Numbered from the whole stretch's first letter, positions 26,816 through 39,940 are shown. The stretch: 63,622 nt of DNA, filler included, from Chiloscyllium plagiosum (GCF_004010195.1; 3 parts of one record of this genome joined end to end with filler, not necessarily neighbours in it), one strand, 5' to 3'. Translations and numbers: made by a program. Notes: generated by a model not told the origin, from the sequence alone.

Positions 26816-28990
26816 AGGAGACAACCAAATGAATCAACATGAGGAAGCAACCAAATAAATCTTAACGGAATATTTTCTCAGAGGGGGCCCACACCCTCAT
26901 TTCCAGGGATCAGTTGCATGGTCCAAGTGCAGTGAATGAGAAATAAAGCTTACCTAATGGCGAGGGGACTACAGCATGAAGCTCTTTTCTTCCTGTAGGC
27001 TCAGCAGCAGCCACCTCAGTCAACATTGGATGGCAATCCCAGGGGGAGCCTCTTAATTGGCTTCTGTTAATCAAATGTCATCCAAGGTCTTGGCGCTTGC
27101 TTGCAGGGAGTTAGGTCCAACTTTCCATCCTGTCAGTGGGATAATCTTGGACTTCCAGCTGTTATTTCCTGTTTTGAACATTCCTGATGTTTGATTTTGA
27201 CACTAATGCATTGATCCACACCTTCAACCAGAATTGCTCATCCTCTTCCTGCTTGCCACACTGGTACTAAAGTAAGCCAGTTCTGTTGCCTCAAAATTAC
27301 CTGAAAATAGGAGCAATTGTCCCCTTCACCACTTGGTCAGGGGACTAATCCTGCCTGGATTCCAGTGTCTTTCACCTCCACAAAATGCAAGTCGGCTGGC
27401 TTCAGAAATGAGCAATTGAACTACTTCACTGCTTTGTTATTCAAGTGGTGAAGGGGCTTAAACATTGATCCTTCTGTTATCCAAAAATAATTATTAGAAT
27501 GTGAAAAAATCCCACAGAATTGAATAGCTGAGACAACTTGCATCAAATACTACTTAACAGGCCTCAGGTATTTCTGCATTAGCTAAATCACATTATACCT
27601 TTTGCCACATTTCTCACTCATGGGATTTAATGTGAGGTTAAGTCTCAAGGCACTCCCAACTTCCAGCCAGTTTACTTCTCCCTGTCACATTGGGTTGGAA
27701 GTTCCAGTGTCCTTCAAACCATGTGTTCCAGACCAGACTTCCAAAAGCAAGACCCATCTCGATAATTCTCTATCCCTGAAATTTCCTATTGGACTTGTTC
27801 CCTTCACTTCAAATGGAAAATCAACCTCATCAAAACTGAAGAGTCATATTGGACATGAAACATGAGATGGGATATTTTGAGGATTTGCAATCCCAAACAG
27901 ATTATCTGGTCAGTGGAAAATCCGGACTTATAACTCTGTTTCGCTCTCCTCACAGATGTTACCAGATCTGCTGAGTTTCTCCAAAGTTTCCTGCTTTTGT
28001 ACCTTGGCAGAGCAGATTCAAGCAAAGTTTAATAATTTCAGTGATAAGGGAATGGAATAGAGGAGACGCAATTGGCTAAATAGTTCCTTCCTGTGTACTA
28101 TTGTATGTGTTTTTGTTTTCCAAGAAAATTTCCATTATTTCTCCATTTAATTTGTAATGAGCTGGCATTTATGGTGCCTAGATTTGACTTCTCTTATAGG
28201 ATCTTCTCAAAGTCTTTTCTTGTTGGAAGAAAAATACTCCACCCTTCTCATTTTAGCCCAATATTCACTCACTTCAGTCTTCTCTTTCTTGAGAAATAAG
28301 CCTCAGACTGGACAGTGCCTGTTTATATTTGTAAACACATTTATTGTATTGTCTCTGTTACTTTTATGTCCTTTTTATAGTGTGGAGTAACACCAAAAGC
28401 CAAGGAAAAGGGTCATTCTGCCCCTCAAGCCTCCTCTGCCGCATAGCTGATCCGGCATTCCTCACATTCACGTTTCTGCCCTTTCCCCATAACTTGTGAT
28501 TCCAGCTGATCACTAATCTATCTAACTCAGCCTTAAAGATACGCAAGAATTCTGCACCATCTGTGCAAGGTGTAGGCTGGAAGGAGGATGATGTGAAGTA
28601 TAATCACTAGGATAGATGTGTTGGATGAAATGGTTTGTTTTTATCCTGCAACCACATTGTGGTGCAATACAATAGCATTTAAATAATACGTGACATACAA
28701 GTTAACAGTGAAATTCACAACAAATCTTGGAGGAACTGTTGGGCGAAGTTCACAGCACAGAATCAGATAAGTTAATTGTTGTTTTAAGTCTGTCCAATAG
28801 AAAGGCTGCAGTAGTGGGTACAGTGGATTCTTTCTTGATTTTATGTTTTGGAGATAAGTCTCTTGATTAAACTTAAAATATAAGCCATAGCTATTAATTT
28901 AACCTGGGGCAGTGTTTGTAGAGGAATAAGACAGTGTTATTTTCTGGGTCTGTAGATTGTGAAGGAGCAAAAATGACCTTTGCAGTGATA

Positions 28991-29090
28991 NNNNNNNNNN
29001 NNNNNNNNNNNNNNNNNNNNNNNNNNNNNNNNNNTTAATTAATTAANNNNNNNNNNNNNNNNNNNNNNNNNNNNNNNNNNNNNNNNNNNN
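28991..29090. other. Assembly gap with an artificial six-frame-stop linker
   Basis: 44 N, TTAATTAATTAA (29035-29046), 44 N. Confidence 0.95.
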
Positions 29091-29229
29091 ATGAATAGGA
29101 AGGGTTTGGAGGGATATGGGCCTGGTGCTGGCAGATGGGACTAAATTGGGTTGGGATATCTGTTCGGCATGGATGAGTTGGACCGAAGGGTCTGTTTCCA
29201 TGCTGTACATCTCTATGACTCTATGACTC
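29091..29229 (+). mobile_element. CR1 3' UTR
   Basis: Similar to 16760-16890, with a ctatgact tail. Confidence 0.85.
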
Positions 29230-29989
29230 TTGTAAATATAATATTGAATCTATTCAAATGGTTTGTTAAATTACTGTTCAGTGTTTTTCTTTCTATTTCA
29301 GGAAAGTTGCATGAAGATGTACAAAAATTAGTTGTCAAAGTGAGGTCAGGGGTTAAAGGAGTTAGATTGATGAGAGATCAGAGAAATAGAGGATTCTTTC
29401 ATTTTCGAACAGAATCGGTTAAAAATAAACCCGAGGAAAATGTTTGAAAACTGAAAGGCTACAATGAAGAAGAGTGATTTTCAAAAGACAATGACTGGAG
29501 GACTTCAATTTAAGATCATCACAAAAGAACAAAGGGAAAGGTGAGGAAAATGTCTTCACTCAGACATTTGTTAGAACAATGCTATCAGACACAGTAACAG
29601 AAACAGAATCCATTAATGCTACCAAAAGAGTGGTAGATAATTATTTTTTAAAAAGATCTTAAAGAAGCTGAGGCATTGAATAGAGAAATGTGACTGAGCT
29701 GTGTTTTTCTGGAGTGCTAGATCAGGTAAAGTGGTCTGATTTTATCATCATGAGAAGAAATATTAAGTTTAGTAGAAAGAAGATTTCCATTCATATAACA
29801 CTTTCCCACACCTCATGGGACAGTTTGTGTAGAGGGCAGATATTATTTGTCTTTAAAACTGCACTATAAATATAGTTATAGACCTAACAAACTCCAAAAG
29901 CACAGACAATGCTTCGGAGGATAAAAAGTAGGGAGAGATTCCCAGCTGAACTCTTGCCTTTCATGTGGTAGTGACACACAAGATATTGT

Positions 29990-30186
29990 TAAAAATCGCA
30001 TAACACCAGGCTACAGTCCAACAGGTTTATTTGGAAGCACGAGCTTTCGGCACACTGCTCCGTCATCATCTGATGAAGAAGCAGTGCTCCAAAAGCTAGT
30101 GCTTCCAAATAAACCTGTTGGACTATAACCTGATGTTTTGTGATTTTAATGTTGTACATCCCAGTCCAACACCCGCATCTCCAAAT
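29990..30186. mobile_element. Fold-back PLE terminus (variant B) with two decayed hammerheads and an 11-bp TSD
   Basis: Inverted arms meet near 30068; TSD caagatattgt at 29979-29989 and 30187-30197. Confidence 0.85.
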
Positions 30187-30804
30187 CAAGATATTGTGTA
30201 ATGGTTTTCAGGCATTTTGCAACTGATTATGATGTGTATAATATGTTATGGTGAATAGTATTAACATACAGACGGGACAGCTAAAGAGAGAGCTTAATCG
30301 TATTAGCTACCACATTTCATAGCTCACTGGCTTGTCGCATGTGTGTGTCATCTATGACCCGTACCATTCATGAAATGGCGATGGCATATAACCTGGAGGT
30401 GGAACAGAACTCCGTGAATTGAGGACTGGACAACAGAGAACCAAACTTTATACTTTGCCAAAAGGAACATCAAGTTCTAAGGCCTTAGTAAAAAGAGGCA
30501 ATTCCACTGCAGAGTTCTTACATTTCAAAAAATCATTTGGTCTGAGATCAAGATCTGCCTCATTTGGAAATGTTTAAGGTCATTTCTGTCATTTCAGGTG
30601 CTTTGAGCTACAAATAGAGTCATAGAGTCAATGACATCACAAACTTAAAAGACCAGGAGGAGCAATATAAATGTACAATATAAAAGAAACTCACAACATC
30701 AAGAATTCCAAACTATCCATCGGGCATTTTCACCTTCTAGGTAAAAAGTTTTTCCTCGAATCCCCTCTGAACCTCCTGCCTTTCACCTTAAAATGTTGCC
30801 TCAA

Positions 30805-31560
30805 GATCGCAGTGCCAGCAGGGTACGTAGCATCAGAATCCTGGGCCCATCTGCTCCAGATTGGTGTCTTCCTCCCTTCTTTCCATACCCTTCTTGTTTT
30901 CTTTGTTTTTTTTCTTCACCTGCTTCTGATGGCAGTGGAGAAGAAGATAACATCGTGAAGATAACAGCCAGATTGGGACTCTTGGCTAAGTGCCTGACCT
31001 GGCAGCGGAGCTAGGGACCCCTGGATGCAGTAAGCCCAGATCAGGGACTCCAGGCATTGTTGAGGTGGTGGCAGCAGTGGGGCAAGTGATTCCTGCTTGT
31101 AGCAGGTCCAAAGTTGGGGTCTTCTGGTGATCAGTGAGGTGGTGGCAGCAGTGGGGCCATGGATTCTTGGTTGTGGTAGGCCCAGAGCTGGGGTCTCCTG
31201 GTTATTAGTGAAGTGGTGGTGGCAACGGGGCTGAGGATTCCTTGTTGTGGGGTGAGTGTGACCCAGGATGGGACCCGATATCAGCGGCACAGCAACAAAG
31301 AGATGGCGCCCAAAGAGTGACGACTCCAGCGTTGGTGTGTCTGGCACGAGTGGCGATGCGGTTGTCGTTGGGCAGCCAGTTCAGGGTTGGACTCATGGTG
31401 GAGGAGTTGGAACAATGATAGACTCAATCTCAGCTATGTCTTTTTTTGCTTTTTATTCTTAAACTATTCAAAATGGTGCCAGATTGTGGCAGCAGATTAA
31501 GCTTTTCACTGTATTTTATTGTTGTTCATTGTTGATATAAGTGACAATAAATCATCATCA
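30805..31560 (+). mobile_element. Non-coding retroposon-like insertion within a minus-strand CR1
   Basis: Internal degenerate repeats of about 75 bp (gaggtggtggcagcagtgggg..gattc); tail gcttttcactgta..gtgacaataaatca; CR1 sequence on both sides. Confidence 0.5.
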
Positions 31561-32860
31561 CCCTTGTTATTGACTCTTCAACTAAGGGGAACAGCTGCTT
31601 TCTGTCCACACTGGCCATGCCCATTATAATCTTACACACCTCAACTAAGTCCCATCTCAGCCTTCTTTGCTTTAAGGAAAACAACCCAAGATTCTCCAAA
31701 CTTTCTTCATCGCTAAAATGGGCAACATCCTGGTGAATCTCCTTTATATCCTTTCAGTACATCACATACTTCCAATAGTGCAGTGACCAAAATTGCATAT
31801 AGTACTGTAATCTAACCAAAGTTTTGTACAGCTCCAAGATAACCTCCCTGCTATTATAATCTATAACTGAGAAAGGCAAGTTTCATGTACGACTTCTTAA
31901 ATCATCCTAGTAACCTGTTCTGTCAGTTTTAAGGATCTGTGGACAAGCTCCACAAAAACCCAATATTCTTCTGAGCTTCCTAGTGTCCTTCATTGAGTAC
32001 TCCTTTGTTTTGTTACTTGTTCTGAAGAGCATCACCTCACACTTATCAGAGCTGAAAATGTGTTGCTGGAAAAGCGCAGCAGGTCAGGCAGCATCCAAGG
32101 AGCAGGAGAATCGACGTTTTGGGTATGAGCAAGTAAATTCCACTTGCCAGTGATCTTCCCATCTGACCAACTCATCTATATGTTTCTGTAACCCAAGATC
32201 TTCCTCCTCAGTGTCAATCACCTGGCCAATCTTTGTGTCATCTGCATTTGTCGTCCCCTGCCCAGTTTCTTCTATATCGTTGTATATGTATGCCACTGTA
32301 CACTGACCTCAAGTCACTTAAATAGCCTTCTCCTGCCACCAAGCCAATCTTGGATTAAACTTTCCAAGGTACCTTGGATCCTATGTGTCCTTACCTTCTT
32401 TATGGGCGGCACGGTGGCACAGTGGTTAGCACTGCTGCCTCGCAGCGCCAGAGACCCGGGTTCAATTCCCGTCTCAGGCGACTGACTGTGTGGAGTTTGC
32501 ACGTTCTCCCCGTGTCTGCGTGGGTTTCCTCCGGGTGCTCCGGTTTCCTCCCACAGTCCAAAGATGTGCAGGTCAGGTGAATTGGCCATGCTAAATTGCC
32601 CGTAGTGTTAGGTAAGGGGTAAATGTAGGGGTATGGGTGGGTTACGCTTCGGCGGGTCAGTGTGGACTTGTTGGGCCGAAGGGCCTGTTTCCACACTGTA
32701 AAGTAATCTAATCTTTATCAGTCTGCCATGTGTGACCTCGTTAAAAGCTTTGCTAAAATCCATATAAACTGCACAAACTGCACTTCCTTATCTCCATACC
32801 TGGTCATCTCCTTGAAAAATCAAAGTTGTTAAGCATGACCTCCCTCTGACAAAGCCATGC
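31560..32860 (-). mobile_element. Decayed CR1 LINE carrying a pLTR fragment (about 32047-32128) and an HE1 SINE
   Basis: Peptide NADDTKIGQ..WQVEF on the minus strand. Confidence 0.8.
32404..32714 (+). mobile_element. Young full-length HE1-type V-SINE
   Basis: tRNA head with A box TGGCACAGTGG and B box GGTTCAATTCC, intact V-domain, CpGs retained, taatc tail, short TSD tctttat. Confidence 0.95.
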
Positions 32861-33118
32861 TCTATTCCTACACTCTTCCCACAATGCCTCAGTTGAAGAC
32901 CTTTTCTGGATATTGTTCCTCCTCACTGCAGGAACTGATAGTTCAATTAATAATGTGACACTGCCTTCTCTTTTACACCCTCCCTGTCCTGTTGGAAGAT
33001 TTTATTCCAACATGTTGAGTTTCCAGTCCTGTCCTCCCTCCACCGCTTTTCTGTGATCAACATTATAATTCTACCTCTCAATCCATCCTCTTAATTCATC
33101 TGTCTTACTTATAATACT

Positions 33119-33252
33119 AGGCGAAAGTGGGTACTGCAGATGCTGGAAATTAGAGTCAAGGTTAGAGTAGTGCTAGAAAAGCACAGCAGGTCAGGCAGCA
33201 TGCAAGGAGCAGGACAATCGACGTTTCGGGCAAAAGCCCTTTCCTAATGAAG
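33119..33252 (-). mobile_element. Solo PLE pLTR (variant A)
   Basis: aatcgacgtttcgggcaaaagccct at 33217-33240. Confidence 0.85.
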
Positions 33253-35663
33253 TAATTCATCATAATTTATATTACCTATAATACTGCCATCCAGCCCCAC
33301 ATTACTCCCTTGGAACTCATCATGCCTGAACTTGCTCTGCCATGGGTAATGGGTCTGGGTGGGTTACTCTTCAGAGGGTCAGAGTGGACTTGTTGGGCTA
33401 AAGGACCTGTTTCCATACTGTAGGGAATCTAATCTACATGGTCCTTGTGGAGATGAAGACTTGCCGACACATTAAGAATATTCTCTATCATATTTTGTGA
33501 CACTATCATTATGGTACAGATTTTGAACAGATCTAGCAACAGAAGACTGGGCATCCATGAAGTGCTGTTGGCCATCAAAAGCAAAGAATTGCACTTCAGC
33601 ACAATCTGCTACCTCATAGCTTGGCTCATTTCAACGTAACTACCAAGCCAAGGGGTCAACCCTGGTTCAATGCAAAGTACTGGAGGACATGCATCACTGA
33701 AAAATGAGGTGTCAACCTGATGAATCTACCAAACAAGACTACTTCCCTGCCAAACAACATAAGCAGTAAGTGATAGACAGAACTAAACACTTTCACAACC
33801 AACAGATCAGATCCAATCGTAAATGGCGATGGACAAGTAAATAACTCACGAGAGAAGAAGTCTCCACAAATATCCCCATCCTTAATGATGGGAGAGCCCA
33901 ACACATCAGTGCAAAAGATAAGCTTGAAGCATTTGTAGCAATCTTCAGCCAGAAATGCTGATTGGATGATCCAACTTGACCCCTTCCAGCAGTCTGGATT
34001 AGTGGTGCTGGAAGGGCACAGCAGTTCAGGCAGCATCTGACGAGCAGTAAAATCGACATAAAATCACCAAACCATCATCTCCCAGACCATACAGAACTTC
34101 ATCACCTCAGGAGATCTCCCACCCACGCTTCCACCCTCATAGTTCGGGAACCCCGCATTGCCCGGTTCTACCTCCTTCCCAAGATCCACAAGCCTGACCA
34201 CCCTGGCCGACCCATTGTCTCAGCATGCTCCCGCCCTCCTGAACTCATTTCAACCTACCTCGACACTGTCCTATCCCCCCTAGTCCAAGAACTCCCCACA
34301 TACATTTGAGACACCAACCACACCCTCCACCTCCTCCAAGACTTCCGTTTCCCGGCCCCCAATGCCTCATCTTCACCATGGATATCCAATCCCTCTACAC
34401 CTCCATCCACCATGACCAGGGCCTCCAAGCCCTCTGTTTCTTCTTCTCCCGATGTCCCCAACAGTACCGTTCCACCGACACACTCATTCGTTTGGCCGAA
34501 CTAGTCCTTACCCTTAACAATTTCTCCTTCGAATCCTCCCACTTCCTCCAAACCAAAGGGGTAGCCATGGGCACTCGTATGGGCCCCAGCAATGCCTGTC
34601 TCTTTGTTGGCTACGTAGAATAGTCCATCTTCCGTAGTTACACCGGCACCACTCCCCACCTCTTCCTCTGCTACATTGATGACTGCATTGGCACCACCTC
34701 ATGCTCCCGGTGGAAGGTGAGCAACAGGGGCGTTCTGTCCTTGTTACGGTTGGAGGGGTGGGGTCTGAGAGCGAAGGTGCGGGATGCGGAAGAGATGCGT
34801 TGGAGGGCATCTTTAACCACGTGGGAAGGGAAATTGCGGTCTCCAAAGAAGGAGGCCATCTGGTGTGTTCTGTGGGGGAACTGGTCCTCCTGGGAGCAGA
34901 TACAGCGGAGGCAGAGGAATTGGGAATACGGGATGGCATTTTCCCTCCCCACCCCTTTACCCCTTCTGCAAAGACTGTTCCATCCGTGACTATCTGGTCA
35001 GGTCCAGGCCCCCCTTCAACTCACCCTCCCATACCATCCTGGCACCTTCCCCTGCCACCGCAGGAATTGCAAAACCTGCGCCCACACCTCGTCCCTCACC
35101 TCCATCCAAGATCCTAAAGGAGCCTTCCACATCCATCACATTTTTACCTGTACATCCACCAATATCATTTATTGTATCCGTTGCTCCCGTTGCGGTCTCC
35201 ACTTCATTGGGGAGACTGGACGGCTCCTAGCAGAGCGCTTTAGGGAAAATCTCCGGGACACCCGCACCAATCAACCACACCGCCCTGTGGCACAACATTT
35301 CAAATCCCCTCTGAGGACATGGAAGTCCAGGGCCTACTTCATGGCCGCTCCCTCACCACCAGATGCCTGAAGGAAGAACGTCTCATCTTCCGCCTCAGAA
35401 TACTTCAACACCAGTGCATCAATGTGGACTTCAACAGTTTCCTCATTTCCCCTTCCCCCACATCACTGCAGTTCCCAACTCCCAGCTCAGCACTGTCCCC
35501 ATGAATTGTCCTACCTGCCTATCTTCTTTTGCACCGACCCACTCTACACTCCCCCTCCGACCTATCACCTTCATCCCCTCCCCCACTCACATATTGTACT
35601 CTCTCTCTCCCCACCCCCACCCTCCTCTCACTTATCTCTTCACTCTTCAGGCTCTCTGCCTGT

Positions 35664-35699
35664 ATTCCTGATGAAGGGCTTTTGCCCGAAACGTCGATC
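35664..35699 (+). ncRNA. Minimal hammerhead ribozyme motif (variant A), core intact
   Basis: ATTC-CTGATGA-A-GGGC-TTTT-GCCC-GAAA-CGTC-GATC; predicted cleavage after GUC at 35695. Confidence 0.75.
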
Positions 35700-35903
35700 T
35701 TAATGCTCCTCGGATGCTGCCTGAACTGCTGTGCTCTTCCAGCACCACTCTAATCTAGACTCTGGTTTCCAGCATCTGCAGTCATTGTTTTTACCTAGTT
35801 GATTTTAACCCTACTGTGAATACTCTTGCAAGGATGCCTGCCTTGAAGAAGTTTTCCTCCTCTCTCTCTCTCTCTCTCTCTACCCTTCAGGCTCTCTGCC
35901 TTT

Positions 35904-35939
35904 ATTCCTGATGAAGGGCTTTTGCCCGAAACATCGATT
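35904..35939 (+). ncRNA. Second tandem hammerhead motif (variant A) with CpG decay in helix III
   Basis: ATTC-CTGATGA-A-GGGC-TTTT-GCCC-GAAA-CATC-GATT, 240 nt after the first copy. Confidence 0.7.
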
Positions 35940-38544
35940 TTACTGCTCCTCGGATGCTGCCTTAACTGCTGTGCTCTTCCAGCACCACTAATCCAGAATC
36001 TGGTTTCCAGCATCTGCAATCATTGTTTTTTACCTCTTCCAGCAGTCCCCAGTTTTCAGCCAATTCAATTCACTCCACGTGATATCAAGAAATGGTTAGA
36101 GACACTGAATACTGCAAAGGCTGCAGACCCTGACAATATTCTGATAATACCTCTGAAGGCTTATGCTCCAGAACTTACTGCTCCCCTATCCAAGTTGTTA
36201 CAGTACAGTTGTAACCCTGGTATCTAACCAACAATGTGGAAAAGTTTGTGTGCTGTACTCAAAAACTGAATAAATCCAACCCATCCAACTACTGCACCAT
36301 CAGTCGACTCTTGATCATCAGTAAAGTGATAGAAGGTGTCATCAACAGTGCTACCAAGCACCTCTTACTCAGCAATAACCTGCTCAGTGATGTCCAGTTT
36401 AGGTTCCACCAAGACCACTCAGCTCCTGACCTCATTACAGCCTTGGTTGAAACATGGGCAAAGCAGGAAGACATCCACAAGCCTCAGCTCCCTGGATTTA
36501 ATTGGGGCAGTGGTGGAAAGGAAAGGGTTCCCCTCCCATGCACCCTCTTACACAACCAAATGACATCCAACTCCAAACCCATCTCAGGTCAGGGTGTTCG
36601 GTTCTGCCATAAATATCCAATTCAGAGAGCTCTATTAACTTGGAGGGCGACTCAGATTGTGATGTTCCCATGCACATTGCTCAGTGGGATCTTTCAGGTG
36701 AGCTCCCTACTGTGGCTGCCTTGAAGCAATTACATTTCAGCAATCTTCTACTCACCCACTGTCTGCATGGCATGTGAAGGTCTGACGGCTTGGGGACAAA
36801 TCTATTTGCCTATGATTCCCTTATGGTCAACATTTAACAATGCTTTTACTTAAACCCATTGGTCAAAAGGTTCTTCCTTCTGTAGCTGATGAACATGTGA
36901 AATGTCACAATGTTGAAGGCTATGGACCAAATGCTGGAAAAGTGGGATTAGTGTAAATTAGATAAACACAGGCTCAATCTGCTGGAGGACCTCTTCTATG
37001 CTATACGACTCAATGATCATTGGAGTCCTCAGAAAAATGGTGTCATTGTCTAGACAGGATAGATAATGTCCTTTAGTGTAACTGGGAAGGAATCCCTGGT
37101 TCCATAATGAATGGAATGATTCGCATTGACTAATATCACTGTAAAATTGAAAAACGCTTTAAGCTAGAACTTTCTGAGACATTATATATCTCAGCTGACT
37201 TTAAAAGACCACTATCACAAAGAACACTCACTGCAATCTCCAATGCACCATCCCATATGTCTCAGCAGATTTACTGAAGCCCTTCTCCACGATTTTCTTT
37301 CCTCCAAACCAAATTATTTTCATGCTGTTTTGGCTGGTCTGGTCTTTCATCCTCCACACTCATTACATTTGAACTTGACCAAATGTCTGCAAATGTCATA
37401 ACCATCAACTCGGCCTTACAGCCAGAAGGTGGCTTCCGGTTTCCTAAGCTCCGAACTGGAAACGCTTGTCCCAGTGTTCAAATGTTTCCTTTGAGTTGGT
37501 CTTCCCCTCTCCTTTTGCATTGTTTTATCAGGTTTTCCTCAGATCTTCTGCCAGACTGACAGTGGGACAACTCATGTAATCTACCCTCCCCATGAGGTTT
37601 TTCTAGTAAGCATTAACCCAATGTGAGTTGCAGTTGTTTCCTTCTGCATTTTCTTTCTTTTCTGTTTGCCTCACTGTCAGCAGAACAATTCATGTGCCAT
37701 GGAATGCAGTTGCTGCCAGAAAGACTTGATAATTAGGATCCTGGCATATGACAAAAGGAAAAAGTATTTGGCAAAGTAAAAGGGAGTCATGTTTAGTATT
37801 CTTGTTTATGTGCTTATTTGGTGCAGTGGACAAGATGTGTGTAGCTCTCCAAGAATGTCCAGATGTTTTGTTCATTCAGTGCTAAATGCAGCAGAGGAAA
37901 ATGAGAAGTTCCATCCAAATAATTAATCCATCATATTTTGGGAGGCATACTCTTTCAGAGGTATTAGTTCCTTTACAAGTAAAATGCAAAACTTGTGTTT
38001 CTTAAGCTTTGATTTTCCTTGTATTAAAATATCATTGCTAAATTAACCCCCAGAGTGTCATTATTATTGTATCCCTTTTTTATGGAATTGTGGGAACCAG
38101 TGTGCAGGAAGGAAGCCTTTTGCAGGTGTGTTACACAAGTACTGCTTTAGAACAATAACAGAGCTCCCTGAATGAATCCATTTATTGGCATTGTTTATTT
38201 CTCTGCCTGTAAAGCCTGGTTGCTATTGGCAGGCATTGATTCGTTCATTTGCAGAAAACGTCACTTCTTGGATTTAATATATCCTCTTTTTCTCTTTTAC
38301 AGTATCTGAGAATTCACAAACAGCACAACTCAGCTGAAGCTGAATATTGGCAAATGACGCAGCTCAACAAAAAGCATTGAGCAAATGAATGGAATTATAC
38401 ATTTTTGAACGGCATGGAAACTGCAAAAAGAAAAGACAGGTTATTTAATGTAGAGTTCTACCCAAACGCTGCCTTCACTCTCAGAATGTTTCGGTGGTTT
38501 CCTTTTTTGCTTCTAAATTTGAGAGATTACGAACTCCTATAGAT

Positions 38545-38900
38545 CTTGAGTACTCCAGATTGATATTTCATCACAGTGCTAGGGAGCGCTATTTTGTCAG
38601 ATGTCAGATTTGGTTGATGTATTAAACTGAGGTACTGTCTATCTCTTCAGGATGGTTGTTAAAGATCCAATATCACCATTTCCAAGAGAGCGATGGAGTT
38701 CTTCTACTGCCCTGGTCAACATTTGTCTTTCTACTGAATGCTGTGAGAAAACAGATTAGCTGATCATCCATCTTATTTCAATTGTAGGATCTGGCTGGGT
38801 TCAGATTGTCTGCTCGGTTTGCCAATTTAACAACAAAATATACACTTCTCAGTAATCCATTGGCTTGGAACTAATTGGGATCGCTGAAAAAACTTGGACA
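38545..38900 (+). mobile_element. Deu-domain SINE relic
   Basis: cagtgctagggagcgct, taaactgagg..gtct, aaagatcc and cctggtcaacattt; similar to 12370-12660. Confidence 0.6.
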
Positions 38901-39668
38901 ATAAAACATAAATGCAAATTCTTTCCATGTTTTCTATTTTCAGGTGCTGAATGATTTCTATATTTCCTGCACACTCAAAATTTGTTGTTGTCTACTTGGA
39001 GAGGTCCGAAACCCTCAATGTGGAAAATCTCAGGTAGCTCTCACCTGCAGGCAAGATGTCATAGTGTAGGCATCCAGGAGAACAGCAAAACTTATTCCCT
39101 TGCCATGTGTTATCACTTTCTGGCATCTGGAATGCAGCACATTTTGAGTAGAGGCCAAACACAGCTGGAAAGGTTGAGAAAAGATGGTAAAAAAGATAGC
39201 ACAACGAAATAAACTCATGCAATAAAGGATGCAGGCAGACTTGCATTTGCACAGTGATGTTCATGATCAATGGTCATCTCAAAGTGCTTTACGGCCGATG
39301 AAACACCTTTCGCTGTTGTACAGAATGTAGCAGCCATTTTCTACACAGTTCCCAATTTGCTCCCACAAACAGCAATGGAATAACAATGAGATAATACATA
39401 AGAGCATTAGAAATAGGAGCAAAAATAGATCAATTCAGCCTATTCTGTCATTCAATAAGGTCATGGTTAACCTGATGTGGCTATAACCCACTTACCTGCC
39501 TCTATACCATAACCCACTTCCCTCAACCCTCATGGCTTCTTTATCATTCCAAACTCAGCTTTAAATGTATTTAATGACCAGCCTCCACTGCCGACTGTAG
39601 GGAGAGAAGGGGTCAGGGGAGGATTTTCAGATGATTCTAAGAACTAGGAGCAGAAGTAGACCATTCAA

Positions 39669-39940
39669 AACCCACCGACTCCCACAGCTACCTGGATTAC
39701 ACCTCTTCCCACCCTACTTCTTGCAAACATGCCATCCCGTATTCCCAATTCCTCCGCCTCCGCCGTATCTGCTCCCAGGAGAACCAGTTCCACCACAGAA
39801 CACACCAGATGGCCTCTTTCTTTAGGGACCGCAATTTCCCTTCCCACGTGGTTAAAGATGCCCTCCAACGCATCTCATCCACATCCCACACCTCCGCCCT
39901 CAGACCCCACCCCTCCAACCGTAACAAGGACAGAATGCCC
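39669..39940 (+). mobile_element. PLE internal fragment (thumb/linker region)
   Basis: KPTDSHSYLDYTSSHP..IPYSQFLRLRRICSQE; homologous to 8660-8920. Confidence 0.9.

Larger units (their letters stand above)
33995..36035 (+). mobile_element. Penelope-like element (Neptune-type): inverted 5' pLTR, RT, internal inversion, GIY-YIG, two tandem 3' pLTRs
   Basis: MDIQSLYTSI, QTKGVAMGTRMGP, YIDD, PCHRRNCKTC, IGETG; TSD cttccagcagtc at 33983-33994 and 36036-36047. Confidence 0.93.
33520..36465 (+). mobile_element. Second LINE family (RT N-terminal part), split by the PLE at 33995-36035
   Basis: Peptides TAKAADPDNI, NPSNYCTISRLLIISKVIE, LLSDVQFRFH. Confidence 0.7.

Noticed and set aside
29035..29046. 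TTAATTAATTAA palindrome (also 59369-59380)
   Set aside because: Centred in exactly 100-base N gaps; an artificial scaffold linker
32404..32475. tRNA-like A and B boxes (also 51520-51585, about 52525-52570 and other SINE heads)
   Set aside because: They continue into SINE bodies and do not form complete tRNA cloverleafs
38050..38470. Repeat-free stretch with Sox-, Fox- and CRE-like words
   Set aside because: Short motifs are expected by chance; an enhancer cannot be supported without conservation data
38944..39033. Plus-strand exon-like segment (ttttcag|GTG..CAG|gtagct)
   Set aside because: Weak donor, unrecognised peptide and no partner exons on that strand
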